Shown here in pieces: positions 8,032-17,807 of a stretch of 64,000 nucleotides of DNA. The notes below the pieces were generated by a model, which was given only the letters and a program-made list of their open reading frames with translations, was not told where the DNA came from and ran no database searches. Position numbers and translations under genes: made by a program. This stretch comes from an uncultured Verrucomicrobiae bacterium (lineage in GTDB: Bacteria > Verrucomicrobiota > Verrucomicrobiia > Palsa-1439): the NCBI GenBank assembly GCA_963812605.1, contig CAWEWF010000014.1, positions 64,001 to 128,000 on the forward strand, written 5' to 3'. How positions within the stretch are numbered: position 1 is the first letter of the stretch; each line of letters opens with the position of its first letter.

Positions 8032-10130
8032 CCTGCCGCATTTTCAACGATGGGCGCAAGCGCGGCCCGGAATTGCGCGAGGTTTTCCGATTTGCCGATG
8101 ACCACGAGATCGTCGCCTATGACCAGCCGCGTGGCGGGTTCGGGCATCTCCGTGAGGCTGCGACCCGTGACCGGATCACGGCGCTTGATGGCAAGGATGT
8201 GGACGCCGTAGCTGGCGCGGGGCGCCAGGTCCGCCAGCGTGCGACCGCCCAGGTGCGCGGGCAATTCGAGCGTCCGCAGTTCGAAGCCCTCGGGCAGCTC
8301 CAGGAAAACATCGCGTTTCTCATCGCCTTCCTTGACGACAAAGTGCCCGAGAAGCTGCCGCTTGTGCATGATCTCCTGGCTGTAGACGCCCAGCAGGTCG
8401 CGTTTCGAAATCCAGCCAATCAGTTTGCGATCCGTGGGATTGTTGATCACGGGCAGGCGTTCGGCGTTTTCCCGCCAGAAAATGTCCATCGCGTCGGCCA
8501 GGTTCTGGCGCGGGGTCACGAATTGGAACGAGTCGTCCACCAGATCATCGGCGATGACAGATGACAGCGATTCGCCCTGATGCAACATTTCCTTCATCGA
8601 ATGGAGTCGAATCGCCCCGAGAAACCTGCCCTCGCTATTCACCACGTAAAGATTGCTGTACGGCTCCTTCAGGAATTGCTCCACAATCATGGAGAAAGGG
8701 ACCGAGTGGCTGACCGCGGGCACGTCATCATGCATGATGTCCTCCACCCGCAGCGATTGCATGACGCCGGCTTCGAGTCCCGTGGGTAGCACCACGCCGC
8801 TGCGGTGGAGTGACTCCTCTTCCAGCGAGCGGGCCTTGAAGAGGCGCGTCGTGAAATGGCTGACGATACAAACGAACATCAATGGCAGCACAATCTGGTA
8901 GTTGTTGGTCTGTTCAAAAATCATCATGATGGCCGTGAGGGGCGCATGTGTCATTCCCGCGAGAAGCCCGCCCATGCCCACCAGCGCGTAGGCGCCATGC
9001 TCGGCCGTCGCGTGCGGAAATAATTCGTGGACACCATAGCCGAACGCGCCTCCCAGCAGGGACCCCAGCATCAGGGACGGTGTAAACATCCCGCCCGCGC
9101 CACCGGATCCAAATGTCAGTGAGGAAGCGAGCATCTTCAGGGGAATCAGCGTCAATAGCAGCAGGATCGGAAGCTGCCCGCGCAGCGTCAGATTCACTGT
9201 TTCGAAGCCGTTGCCGTACACGTGGGGATACCAAACCCCGATCACCCCGACCAGTGCCATGCCAAGCGCGGGCTTTACCCATTTCGGCACGGGGAGTTTC
9301 TCGAAAGCATCCTGCGAACCGAACAGCACGCGCATGAATAGCAGGGAGATTAACCCCGAAAGCAATCCCAGGATGAGATAGGGCAGGAGTTCCCACGCCG
9401 ACACGAGTTCGTAATGCGGGACCTCAAAGCGCGGCAGGTTGCCCATACAACTGCGGAACACCAGCGTCGAAATCACCGACACCACGACGACGGGTCCGAG
9501 CACCTCGATGGCGAAGTTGCCCATGAGAATTTCCAGCGCGAACAGCGAGCCGCCAATCGGCGCGTTGTACACCGCCGCCAACGCTGCCGCCGCCGAGGCG
9601 CAGACCAATATGCGTAGCTGCTGGGTTGTCAGGTTGAAGCGGCGTCCCATATAAGAGCCAATCGCGCTGGCCAGCAGCGCCATGGCGCCTTCACGACCCA
9701 GGGAACCGCCCGTGGAAATCGTCACAATCGCCGCCCAGTCGCGCGGCACCGTCTGCCGTACGGAGATCGCACCGCCTTTCAGGGACACGGCTTGCATAAT
9801 GGTGGTGATGCCGCCACCGCGGGTCTGGACGCGAAAGAACCAGCCGATCAAGCCCACCAACAATCCGCCGACAAGGGGAATGATAATACGGACCGGCCAG
9901 GGATTATCGGCGGCGGCATCGAGCAGATTCTGGCCGCTGCCCCAGAACTGGTTCTGGAGAAAGGAAATGATGTGCGCGGTCACCACGGAGGTGAGGCCGA
10001 CCGTCAAGCCCACCAGCGGCAGGAGCAAGAGAAACACGTTCTCGCCGGGAGAGCGTTTGGCCAGCTGCGGCCAGATCAAGGTCCGGAATTTGTTGCCGAT
10101 TGACCGAACCCATGGCAGCAATGGTTGCAT
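8028..10130 (-). CDS. ClC chloride channel/transporter with CBS pair and TrkA-C domain
   Basis: GGGIT, GSLGREG, YNAPIGG, GGMFTP ClC motifs; CBS and RCK-C at C-terminus. Confidence 0.9.
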   Translation of the reverse strand: MQPLLPWVRSIGNKFRTLIWPQLAKRSPGENVFLLLLPLVGLTVGLTSVVTAHIISFLQNQFWGSGQNLLDAAADNPWPVRIIIPLVGGLLVGLIGWFFRVQTRGGGITTIMQAVSLKGGAISVRQTVPRDWAAIVTISTGGSLGREGAMALLASAIGSYMGRRFNLTTQQLRILVCASAAAALAAVYNAPIGGSLFALEILMGNFAIEVLGPVVVVSVISTLVFRSCMGNLPRFEVPHYELVSAWELLPYLILGLLSGLISLLFMRVLFGSQDAFEKLPVPKWVKPALGMALVGVIGVWYPHVYGNGFETVNLTLRGQLPILLLLTLIPLKMLASSLTFGSGGAGGMFTPSLMLGSLLGGAFGYGVHELFPHATAEHGAYALVGMGGLLAGMTHAPLTAIMMIFEQTNNYQIVLPLMFVCIVSHFTTRLFKARSLEEESLHRSGVVLPTGLEAGVMQSLRVEDIMHDDVPAVSHSVPFSMIVEQFLKEPYSNLYVVNSEGRFLGAIRLHSMKEMLHQGESLSSVIADDLVDDSFQFVTPRQNLADAMDIFWRENAERLPVINNPTDRKLIGWISKRDLLGVYSQEIMHKRQLLGHFVVKEGDEKRDVFLELPEGFELRTLELPAHLGGRTLADLAPRASYGVHILAIKRRDPVTGRSLTEMPEPATRLVIGDDLVVIGKSENLAQFRAALAPIVENAAG

Positions 10131-10315
10131 CTGAGGTATTGTAGTAACAAATCGGGCGCGATGGGTCAAACCATGCGCTGCAGGAAAGTCTTGCAATCGA
10201 AAAAAATTGAGCGATTATGGAATGCGGCGTGTCTGACGTAACAAGGAGGTCTGACGTGCCGCACAACTGAAGGATGGCTGGCAACGCAGAGGAAGAAGAA
10301 AGGGGGACGACAGGC

Positions 10316-10543
10316 ATGACGCAACAGAATTTGACGCCGGAGCAGATTGCCGCTCGTGCCTACCAGCTTTATCTCGAACGGGGACGCACTCATGGGCACG
10401 ATTTCGATGATTGGCTGCAGGCCGAATACGAGTTGAGGCAATTGCCGGTCCGCAAACTCGCCGAGTTGGAGCCGCCGCCGGTTCCGCGAGGCAAAACCAA
10501 TTCAAGGTCCATCATCGACCTCGTCCGGACAGCGATGTACTAG
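10316..10543 (+). CDS. DUF2934 domain protein
   Basis: EQIAARAYQLYLERG...DDWLQAE motif. Confidence 0.85.
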   Translation: MTQQNLTPEQIAARAYQLYLERGRTHGHDFDDWLQAEYELRQLPVRKLAELEPPPVPRGKTNSRSIIDLVRTAMY

Positions 10544-10619
10544 CGGCGACGCGATGGAAGAAGAACCGCCGGGTACTGCCGTCGAGTCTGTGATTTCGCC
10601 GGACGATCAACTGTGATCG

Positions 10620-11429
10620 TTACTTTCCGAGTTGCGCGTGCCTTTTCATGAAACTGGCGACGCGCTTCACGTCCACAGCGTTTGACCATAAGCCGCCGAC
10701 TTTGAAGTGCGATCCGACAATGAACCCGTCCGCGAGAGCGTAGTACTTCGCCAGGTTTTGCGCCGCCACGCCGGAGCCGAGATAGATTGGCAGGCGACAA
10801 CGTTTCTTGACGGCCCGTATATCCGCGGGCCCGGGCGGGTCGCCCGTGACCGTTCCGGTGATGATCACTGCGTCGCCGCGCATAAACTCGACCGCTTCCG
10901 CCGTCTCGCCGATACCGATATCAGCGGTGATCGCATGCGAACTGTGCTTCTTTTTCACGTCGGCCCAGACCTGCACGTGGTCGGCGCCGATCTGCTTGCG
11001 GTAACGGAGCAGGGGAGCCGCGGAGGCCTGGATGAGCCCCTCGTCGGCCACGTGGGCGAAGGCGAAACCTTCGACGCGGATGAAATCCAAACCTGCCGCG
11101 TGGGCGATTGCCATGGCTTCCGTGTTGGCGCCGGCCAGGACCTGGACGCCGCAAGTCAGTTTGGTTGATTTCTTTATCGCGGAGGCGACGATGGCCATCA
11201 CCGCGACAACCTCCGGGCCGACCGCACCCCGCAAGTACGGCGTGTCGTGCATATTCTCGATCAGGATGCCGTGCACGCCTTCCTCGCGATAAATTTTGGC
11301 CTCGCGTAACGCCAGCGATTCGATCTCACGCACGGTTCGCCGACTGGCGGGCGTGCCCGGCAGCGCTTCGAGGTGAATCATGCCAATGACCGGTTTGGAT
11401 GACGAAAAGAGCGGATTCTTTGCAGGCAT
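10620..11429 (-). CDS. BtpA/SgcQ family protein
   Basis: IGMIHL.ALPG.P, IENMHD.PY, ADVKKKHS, IITG..TG, GSGV, IVGSHFK. Confidence 0.9.
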   Translation of the reverse strand: MPAKNPLFSSSKPVIGMIHLEALPGTPASRRTVREIESLALREAKIYREEGVHGILIENMHDTPYLRGAVGPEVVAVMAIVASAIKKSTKLTCGVQVLAGANTEAMAIAHAAGLDFIRVEGFAFAHVADEGLIQASAAPLLRYRKQIGADHVQVWADVKKKHSSHAITADIGIGETAEAVEFMRGDAVIITGTVTGDPPGPADIRAVKKRCRLPIYLGSGVAAQNLAKYYALADGFIVGSHFKVGGLWSNAVDVKRVASFMKRHAQLGK

Positions 11430-11545
11430 AGAAAACAATTATAACGATCCGCTTCGACAAACCAAGCGCGTTGATGAACTTGGCAGAATATCTGTATGCG
11501 AGTTCTCTCTTGTTCGCGCCGCCGCAACGTGGTTTGCTTTTCGCG

Positions 11546-13381
11546 ATGCCGACACCCGCGACCATGCAAGCGAATACGCAATCCGACTGGACGGTCATCC
11601 GTCGTCTGCTGGCACTGAGTTGGCGCTATCGCGCGGGCTGCATCAAGGTGTTCATTTACCAGTTGGTCCTGCTCTCGATGGGGCTGGCGGGGCTGGGGTT
11701 GACGGGGCTGGGGATTGATTTTGTTCGCTGGCAAATTCACTCGACAGCGACACCGCCGCACTGGCCGTTCGGGCTGGCGCCGCCAGCGGCGTGGTCGCCG
11801 ATGAAGGTGCTCACGGTCATCGCGGCCATCATGTTCACGTTCGCGATCCTGCGAGCGGTGCTGAACTACGTTTACAGCATCGCCGTGGCCGTGCTTGTGG
11901 AGCGGTACATTGTGGTCGAGATGCGGGCGCAGGTCTATGAGAAACTCCAACGGCTCAGCTTTCGCTTTTATGATGCCAACGAGACCGGCTCGATCATCAA
12001 CCGCGTCACCGGCGACTCGCGCGCGGTCGCGAACTTCGTCAACAACGTGTTGATCCAAAGCATCATCATGGTGTTGTCGCTCGTCGTGTTCCTGTCGTAC
12101 ATGCTGACCATTCATGTAAAGCTCACGCTGGCGTGCCTGGCGGTGATTCCGCTGCTCTGGGTGATCGCCGCTGTCTTCTCGCGTGTCGTCCAGCCCGAAT
12201 ATGTCCGCAATCGCGAGCTGGTGGATCGGATGATTCTGCATGTCGCCGAGACCGCACAGGGAATCCAAACGATCAAGGGTTTCGCCCGCGAACGGGAGCA
12301 GAGCGCCATCTTCGCCGCCAGCAACGAAGCCGTGCGCGCGCAACAGCAGACGATTTTCTGGCGCGTGAGCCTGTTTGTGCCGTCGATCGGGATGCTGACG
12401 CAGGTGAGCTTGTTTGTGCTGCTGATTTACGGCGGGCACCTGGTCATCGTGGGCGAATTGCCGTTGGGCACCGGCATGGTCGTGTTCGCGGGACTCTTGC
12501 AGCAGTTCGCGGCGCAAATCGCGAACATCGCGCAAATCGCCAACACCATCCAGCAGAGCCTCACGGGGGCGCGGCGCGTGTTTGAGGTGCTGGACGCGCC
12601 CATCGAAATCGTCAATCCGCCCAATGCGACCCGGCTGGCGCGCGCCAAGGGCGACGTGCGGTTCGAGAGCGTCAGTTTCGGGTACAACGCCGGGGATGAT
12701 CCGGAGTTGCAAGGGGTGACCTTTGAGGTGCGACCAGGCGAGAGCATCGCCATTCTTGGGCCGACTGGCTCGGGCAAGACAACGTTGTTGAGTTTGATCA
12801 CGCGATTCTATGATCCCCAGCGCGGGCGGGTGCTGGTCGACGGCACCGACGTGCGGCGATTTAATCTCGACGATCTGCGCCGCAACGTGGGGTTGGTGTT
12901 CCAGGAGAGTTTTCTTTTCAGCAACACCGTCGCGGCCAATATCGCGTTCGGGCATCCGGATGCGACACGCGACGAGATCGAGCGGGCGGCGAAGATCGCC
13001 GCCGCGCACGAGTTTATCGTGAACCTGCCCAAGGGCTACGACACGCTGCTCGGCGAAGGCGGCAAGGATTTGTCGGGCGGGCAGCGCCAGCGGCTGGCCA
13101 TCGCGCGCGCGTTGTTGCTCGATCCCGCGATCCTGTTGCTCGACGACCCGACGGCAGCGGTCGATCCCGAGACGGAAAAGGAGATTCTCGAAGCGATTGA
13201 GAATGCGATGCGCGGGCGCACCACGTTCATGGTGGCCAACCGCATCAGCACGTTGCGGCGCGCCGACCGCATCCTCGTGCTGGAGGACGGACGGATCGTA
13301 CAGGTCGGCACGCACGAGGAGCTGGTTCGCATTGATGGGCCGTATCGGCGCACGACGGAATTGCAGTTTGCCACCTCATGA
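11546..13381 (+). CDS. ABC exporter subunit (TMD+NBD), degenerate nucleotide site
   Basis: GPTGSGKT, LSGGQRQR, LLLDDPT (D in place of catalytic E), VANR (N in place of H). Confidence 0.92.
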   Translation: MPTPATMQANTQSDWTVIRRLLALSWRYRAGCIKVFIYQLVLLSMGLAGLGLTGLGIDFVRWQIHSTATPPHWPFGLAPPAAWSPMKVLTVIAAIMFTFAILRAVLNYVYSIAVAVLVERYIVVEMRAQVYEKLQRLSFRFYDANETGSIINRVTGDSRAVANFVNNVLIQSIIMVLSLVVFLSYMLTIHVKLTLACLAVIPLLWVIAAVFSRVVQPEYVRNRELVDRMILHVAETAQGIQTIKGFAREREQSAIFAASNEAVRAQQQTIFWRVSLFVPSIGMLTQVSLFVLLIYGGHLVIVGELPLGTGMVVFAGLLQQFAAQIANIAQIANTIQQSLTGARRVFEVLDAPIEIVNPPNATRLARAKGDVRFESVSFGYNAGDDPELQGVTFEVRPGESIAILGPTGSGKTTLLSLITRFYDPQRGRVLVDGTDVRRFNLDDLRRNVGLVFQESFLFSNTVAANIAFGHPDATRDEIERAAKIAAAHEFIVNLPKGYDTLLGEGGKDLSGGQRQRLAIARALLLDPAILLLDDPTAAVDPETEKEILEAIENAMRGRTTFMVANRISTLRRADRILVLEDGRIVQVGTHEELVRIDGPYRRTTELQFATS

Positions 13382-15207
13382 AAGCGGCCCTGACACAAGT
13401 GCGACAGGAAGACCTGGACGAGTTGAACCTGCGTCCGCTGGAAATGAACTTGATCTGGCGGATGTTCCGGTACACGCAGGCGCACGCGCGCAAACGGAAT
13501 TGGTTGTTCACGCTCGTGATTGTGCGGTCGATTCAATTGCCGATGCTGGCGTGGGCCATCGGCGCGGTGATCAACGGGCCGATTGCCCGGCACGATTCGC
13601 GCGGCGTCATGTGGGGTGCGGTCGGATTCCTGGCGTTCGCGGCAGTGACGCAGTTCTGCTTCCACTTTCGCCAGCGGCTGGCGCTGGAGTTGGGCGAGTC
13701 GGTTCTCCAGGATTTGCGACGCGACATTTTCCAGCATTTGCTGCGGATGCCGATGAGTTTCTACAACCGCACGAAAATCGGGCGCATCATCAGCCGTTAC
13801 ACGTCCGATGCCGAGGCCATGCGGGTCGGCTGGCAGGACGTGTTTTTCATCACGGCGGTCCAGGCAGGACAGATGTTTTTTTCGGCGCTGCTGATGTTGT
13901 GGTACGACCGGGTGCTGTTTCTGGTCGTACTGGCCATGGCACCGGTGTTGGGGGCCATGAATTATCATTTCCGCCGCACGCTGAGCAACGCGAACCGCAA
14001 GGTGCAGGAGAGCTGGAGTCGCGTGACGGCGACCATCGCGGAATCGGTCACGGGAATTCGCGTGACGCAGGGATTCGTGCGGCAGGATGTGAACGCGGGC
14101 CTGTTTACGGACCTGCTGATGGACCATTCGGTTTACAATCTCGGTGTGGCGCGGGCGACGGGTGTGTTTCTGCCGATGCTGGAATTGAACAGCCAGACGT
14201 TCACCGCGGCGCTGCTGGTGCTGGGCGGCTATCGGGTGTTGAGCCCGACGATTCATATGGACGTGGGCAACCTGATCCAGTTCTTTTTTCTCGCCAACCT
14301 GTTTTTCAGTTCCATTCAGCCGCTGGGCAACATGTACAACCAGGCGCTGGCGGCGATGGCGGGGGCGGAGCGCGTTTTCCGTCTGCTCGACACCAAGCCT
14401 GATTGGGAGGAACCGCCGACGGTGCGCGAGTTGCCGCGCATCCGGGGACGCGTCGAGTTTCGCGATGTCAGCTTCGGTTACGTCCCCGATCGGCTGGCGC
14501 TGGACGAAATGAATTTCATCGCTGAACCCGGGCAGACTATCGCGCTCGTCGGTCACACGGGCAGCGGCAAGAGTTCCATCGTCAATCTGATCACAAAATT
14601 CTATCTGCCGGGGGAAGGCGCTGCGCTGATTGACGGGTTCGATACGCGTGATATCCAGGGCGACTCACTGCATCGGCAAATGGGTATCGTCAGCCAGCAG
14701 AATTTCCTGTTTAGCGGCACGGTGATGGATAACATCCGCTTTGGCCGGCCCGCCGCGACCGACGAGGAAGTTGTGGATGCCGTCCGCAAACTGGATTTCC
14801 TCGACGTGATCGGTTCGCTCTCGGCGGGATTCGCGACGGCGGTGGGGGAACGCGGCACGAACCTCTCGCTTGGCCAGCGCCAGCTTATTTGTTTTGCGCG
14901 CGCGATGCTGGCCGACCCGCGCATCTTGATTCTCGATGAGGCCACGAGTTCCGTGGACGCCATGACCGAAGCGCGCATCCAGAAGGCGCTTGTAAGGTTG
15001 TTGCAAGGCCGCACCAGTTTCGTCGTCGCCCACCGCCTCAGCACGATCCGCCATGCCGACCTGGTTCTCGTGCTGAGCCACGGAAAAATCGTGGAACGCG
15101 GCACGCACACGCAGTTGCTGGCGGCGAACGGCACTTATGCGGAATTGTACCGGCAATTCATCCGCGCGACGGGGACGACGCCAAGGCAGACGGTAACAGG
15201 TGTGTAA
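13378..15207 (+). CDS. ABC exporter subunit (TMD+NBD), consensus site
   Basis: GHTGSGKS, LSLGQRQ, ILDEATS, VAHRLST; ATGA overlap with preceding gene. Confidence 0.92.
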   Translation: MKAALTQVRQEDLDELNLRPLEMNLIWRMFRYTQAHARKRNWLFTLVIVRSIQLPMLAWAIGAVINGPIARHDSRGVMWGAVGFLAFAAVTQFCFHFRQRLALELGESVLQDLRRDIFQHLLRMPMSFYNRTKIGRIISRYTSDAEAMRVGWQDVFFITAVQAGQMFFSALLMLWYDRVLFLVVLAMAPVLGAMNYHFRRTLSNANRKVQESWSRVTATIAESVTGIRVTQGFVRQDVNAGLFTDLLMDHSVYNLGVARATGVFLPMLELNSQTFTAALLVLGGYRVLSPTIHMDVGNLIQFFFLANLFFSSIQPLGNMYNQALAAMAGAERVFRLLDTKPDWEEPPTVRELPRIRGRVEFRDVSFGYVPDRLALDEMNFIAEPGQTIALVGHTGSGKSSIVNLITKFYLPGEGAALIDGFDTRDIQGDSLHRQMGIVSQQNFLFSGTVMDNIRFGRPAATDEEVVDAVRKLDFLDVIGSLSAGFATAVGERGTNLSLGQRQLICFARAMLADPRILILDEATSSVDAMTEARIQKALVRLLQGRTSFVVAHRLSTIRHADLVLVLSHGKIVERGTHTQLLAANGTYAELYRQFIRATGTTPRQTVTGV

Positions 15208-15364
15208 ATTATAGGGCGTGGACTCCTTCGACCACGAAGCCACGAAGGACACGAAGATTTATGGATAGCATTATCCATAGCCGAGGGTGGCGAGGAGGGA
15301 AACGGGCGGCGGAACTGACGAAAGCGGCTTGTGAATTGTAAAGCGGTGACACTCTAAACTTCGC

Positions 15365-16216
15365 TCAACCGGAAATATGAGCGACTTCCTTCCGTATGTC
15401 TTCGCCAGCGGCCTTAATTCCGTGCGGTATGTCGATCCAGATTATACCCTGAATATCTGAGGGTAGTTCAATAGGTCCCTTTCGTAGCGCAATGACTCGG
15501 CCAGTCTTTCTCCCCATTTGGGCGTAGAAGAATCCAAGCTCGAAGACCACGTTCTGTCGCGCTCTCCGCTTGTCGTCGTCAGTTGCGAGACTAACACCCG
15601 AATCGTCCGGTGTCAGAAGAACGAAGACGCAGTCAATGCGAGACGCGAATTCTTCAAATTTTTCAATGATGGTCTTGCCCCGACTTGGTTGCTCGCGGAG
15701 CACAACTGGTTCTTGCCACTTCAGCGTATTCTGGAGGTAGTCCTTAAGTTCGGTTAGTGTTGCTTCGTCATGCCCGTGAACGATGAATGCTTTCGGAGCC
15801 GGAATGGTCGATAAAACCCCGATCTTTTCGAGGGCCCGAAGTAGAGAATGCGGGCCTTCATCCTTGAATATGAAGGGGATTCCCTGTTCGGACGCCCATT
15901 CGCTCGCCTCGCCCCCCACGATTCCCGACGAAAGCAAGATGAGGGGCATCTTATGGCCGCGATTTTTGACTTCTCGGCACAGTGCGACGCCAGAGAAGAA
16001 ACCTGCCCGTGCTGATTCCGGTGAAATCCCCGATTCCGCGGGATCATTGGGCAGCATCACATCCGAAATTACGCAACCGAAACCTTCGAGAGGCATATGC
16101 AGCGCCTGCTGCACACTTCCAGCGACGACACTTTCAAAGCCGTTATCGGACAAGAGTTCTGTAAGTCGGATGGCGTAATAGTGGTCGTCTTCAACGATCA
16201 GGATTTTCATACGCAT
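15365..16216 (-). CDS. Response-regulator receiver fused to Cap12/Pycsar-type TIR domain (CAP12_TIR, predicted nucleotide-binding protein)
   Basis: REC: ILIVEDD, ISDVMLP, LLSS, FIFK. TIR: AFIVHGHD, L.EQP..G.TIIEKFE, VLLTPDD, RARQNVVFELG, LPSDI.GI. Confidence 0.88.
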   Translation of the reverse strand: MRMKILIVEDDHYYAIRLTELLSDNGFESVVAGSVQQALHMPLEGFGCVISDVMLPNDPAESGISPESARAGFFSGVALCREVKNRGHKMPLILLSSGIVGGEASEWASEQGIPFIFKDEGPHSLLRALEKIGVLSTIPAPKAFIVHGHDEATLTELKDYLQNTLKWQEPVVLREQPSRGKTIIEKFEEFASRIDCVFVLLTPDDSGVSLATDDDKRRARQNVVFELGFFYAQMGRKTGRVIALRKGPIELPSDIQGIIWIDIPHGIKAAGEDIRKEVAHISG

Positions 16217-16217
16217 T

Positions 16218-16634
16218 TTAGAAAGACATTCTTCCAGTTGCTTTCGATTCAATTAACTTCCTCGCCGTGTCTAATGGTGTCTCCCCTTTCCTCAGGTATA
16301 AAATGTTCTGCTTCTTTAGGTCTTCGATCTTCTCCGCATCAGCTATGACCGATAAGCAGATGATCGCGACCCCTCGCCATTGCTGCCGGATCTTACGTAC
16401 AAAGTGGAATCCTGCGGAAGATGAATCGACTCCTGGGAATCCATCACCTGCAGGCATCATTATATCAGTCACGACGACATCGATATGTTGGTGCTGAAGA
16501 ATGTCCCATCCATCTGTCACATTCGTTTTCGAAATGCAATTGTAGCCTCTGGATTCCAAGGAAAGTCGCAATGCCTCACTAAGCCACGGTTCATCGTCGA
16601 CAAAAAGGATAGTATACTTTGCATTGTCATTCAT
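16218..16634 (-). CDS. Single-domain response regulator (receiver only)
   Basis: ILFVDDE, VTDIMMP, CLSV, YLRK; start overlaps kinase stop (ATGA). Confidence 0.88.
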   Translation of the reverse strand: MNDNAKYTILFVDDEPWLSEALRLSLESRGYNCISKTNVTDGWDILQHQHIDVVVTDIMMPAGDGFPGVDSSSAGFHFVRKIRQQWRGVAIICLSVIADAEKIEDLKKQNILYLRKGETPLDTARKLIESKATGRMSF

Positions 16635-17401
16635 GCCATTCGGCTCCGGGGAAAAACAAGCGTAAACTGGGAGGTCTTTCCATTGGTATCGAGTGTCACT
16701 CTGCCCTCGTGAAGTTGCATCACACGCGTCGCCAAGTAGAGACCAATGCCTGTTCCTGCCGGGACTCTCTGTTTGGCAGCCGCACCGCGAACGCCCCGCT
16801 CGAATATCTTTTCCCTTTCTGCTCCGCTTATCGGCATGCCTACACTGGTTACCGAAACCCCAACACCATCCAACTTTTCGGCGCGAACGGTGATTGCAGT
16901 CCTGGCGTCTGCATATTTTACGGCATTCTCCAGGAGGTTGGATATAGCCTGAGCAACCAAGTTCTTCTCTGCCCGTACCTTCCGAGTATCCAAGATGTCC
17001 TTGAATGAGTCGTTGTCGACAATAATATTTTTCTCAACGTCGAAAGCTTGGGGCTGAAAATCATTGGCGAGGTTGATTGCCAGCAGCATCAGGTCAATGG
17101 GTACTTGGTTTCGCATTTGTCCAAGCTGTTCGTCGGCTTCAAGGTTCGACATCAGAGCGAAGTTCTTAATTAAGTGAACCAGAATTGTCGCTTGGGAATA
17201 CACAGAGCGAAGAAGATTTCCTTTGCGAGGCACCGGAATGCTTTCATCCTTGAGCGCTTCAATGCTCCACTTGATGGCCCCTAGCGGCGCGGTCAACTGG
17301 TGAGCAACATTCTGGAGATACATCCTGCTTAGGTCTTTGGAGGATTGAAGTTGTTTTTTTAGGTCTTCGACCTGTTTGCGGAGCTCTTCGATTTCACTCA
17401 T
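16631..17401 (-). CDS. Cytoplasmic histidine kinase (HisKA + HATPase_c) with no sensor domain
   Basis: H-box VAHQLTAPL, N-box NLLENAVKY, F-box IFERG, G2 GTGIGL; only ~30 aa coiled coil before H-box. Confidence 0.88.
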   Translation of the reverse strand: MSEIEELRKQVEDLKKQLQSSKDLSRMYLQNVAHQLTAPLGAIKWSIEALKDESIPVPRKGNLLRSVYSQATILVHLIKNFALMSNLEADEQLGQMRNQVPIDLMLLAINLANDFQPQAFDVEKNIIVDNDSFKDILDTRKVRAEKNLVAQAISNLLENAVKYADARTAITVRAEKLDGVGVSVTSVGMPISGAEREKIFERGVRGAAAKQRVPAGTGIGLYLATRVMQLHEGRVTLDTNGKTSQFTLVFPRSRMA

Positions 17402-17807
17402 AGGAAGTTCCTTAAACTGGATGCTTCTTCACTCGAATCTCGCCCGACACTCGCCTCAGCAACAGCACGGTGCTGCATGCTGGAGTCTACCAAGCGTTTC
17501 GCCGTTCGAGCAAGCCTGGCGAGTATGGAGTTGCGGCAAAGGATCTAGTATTGGTTATCGGTTTACCCTCTTTTCGGTCAAATCGACCTCAAAACGCCAA
17601 TGTTTACGAGCATTTCGTAGAAAAGCTTCCAAACCTTCCAAAGCTTCCAGAGTGCACGCATGCGATTTTGGGCGTTGGGGTAGAGTTGGCATGTGAGTTG
17701 TATGAAGAAGGTTTCCAGTCGCGGTATGACCGAGAGGACTGCCCACAACAACCAGACGGCGCGCGGGACGCACGCCCTACAATCGGACCCCAGGAAAGGA
17801 TGTAGTT

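Noticed and set aside
15365-17401. Calling the TIR operon CBASS, Pycsar or Thoeris
   Set aside because: No cyclase, STING/SAVED/cNMP sensor or ThsA-like gene is visible in the window
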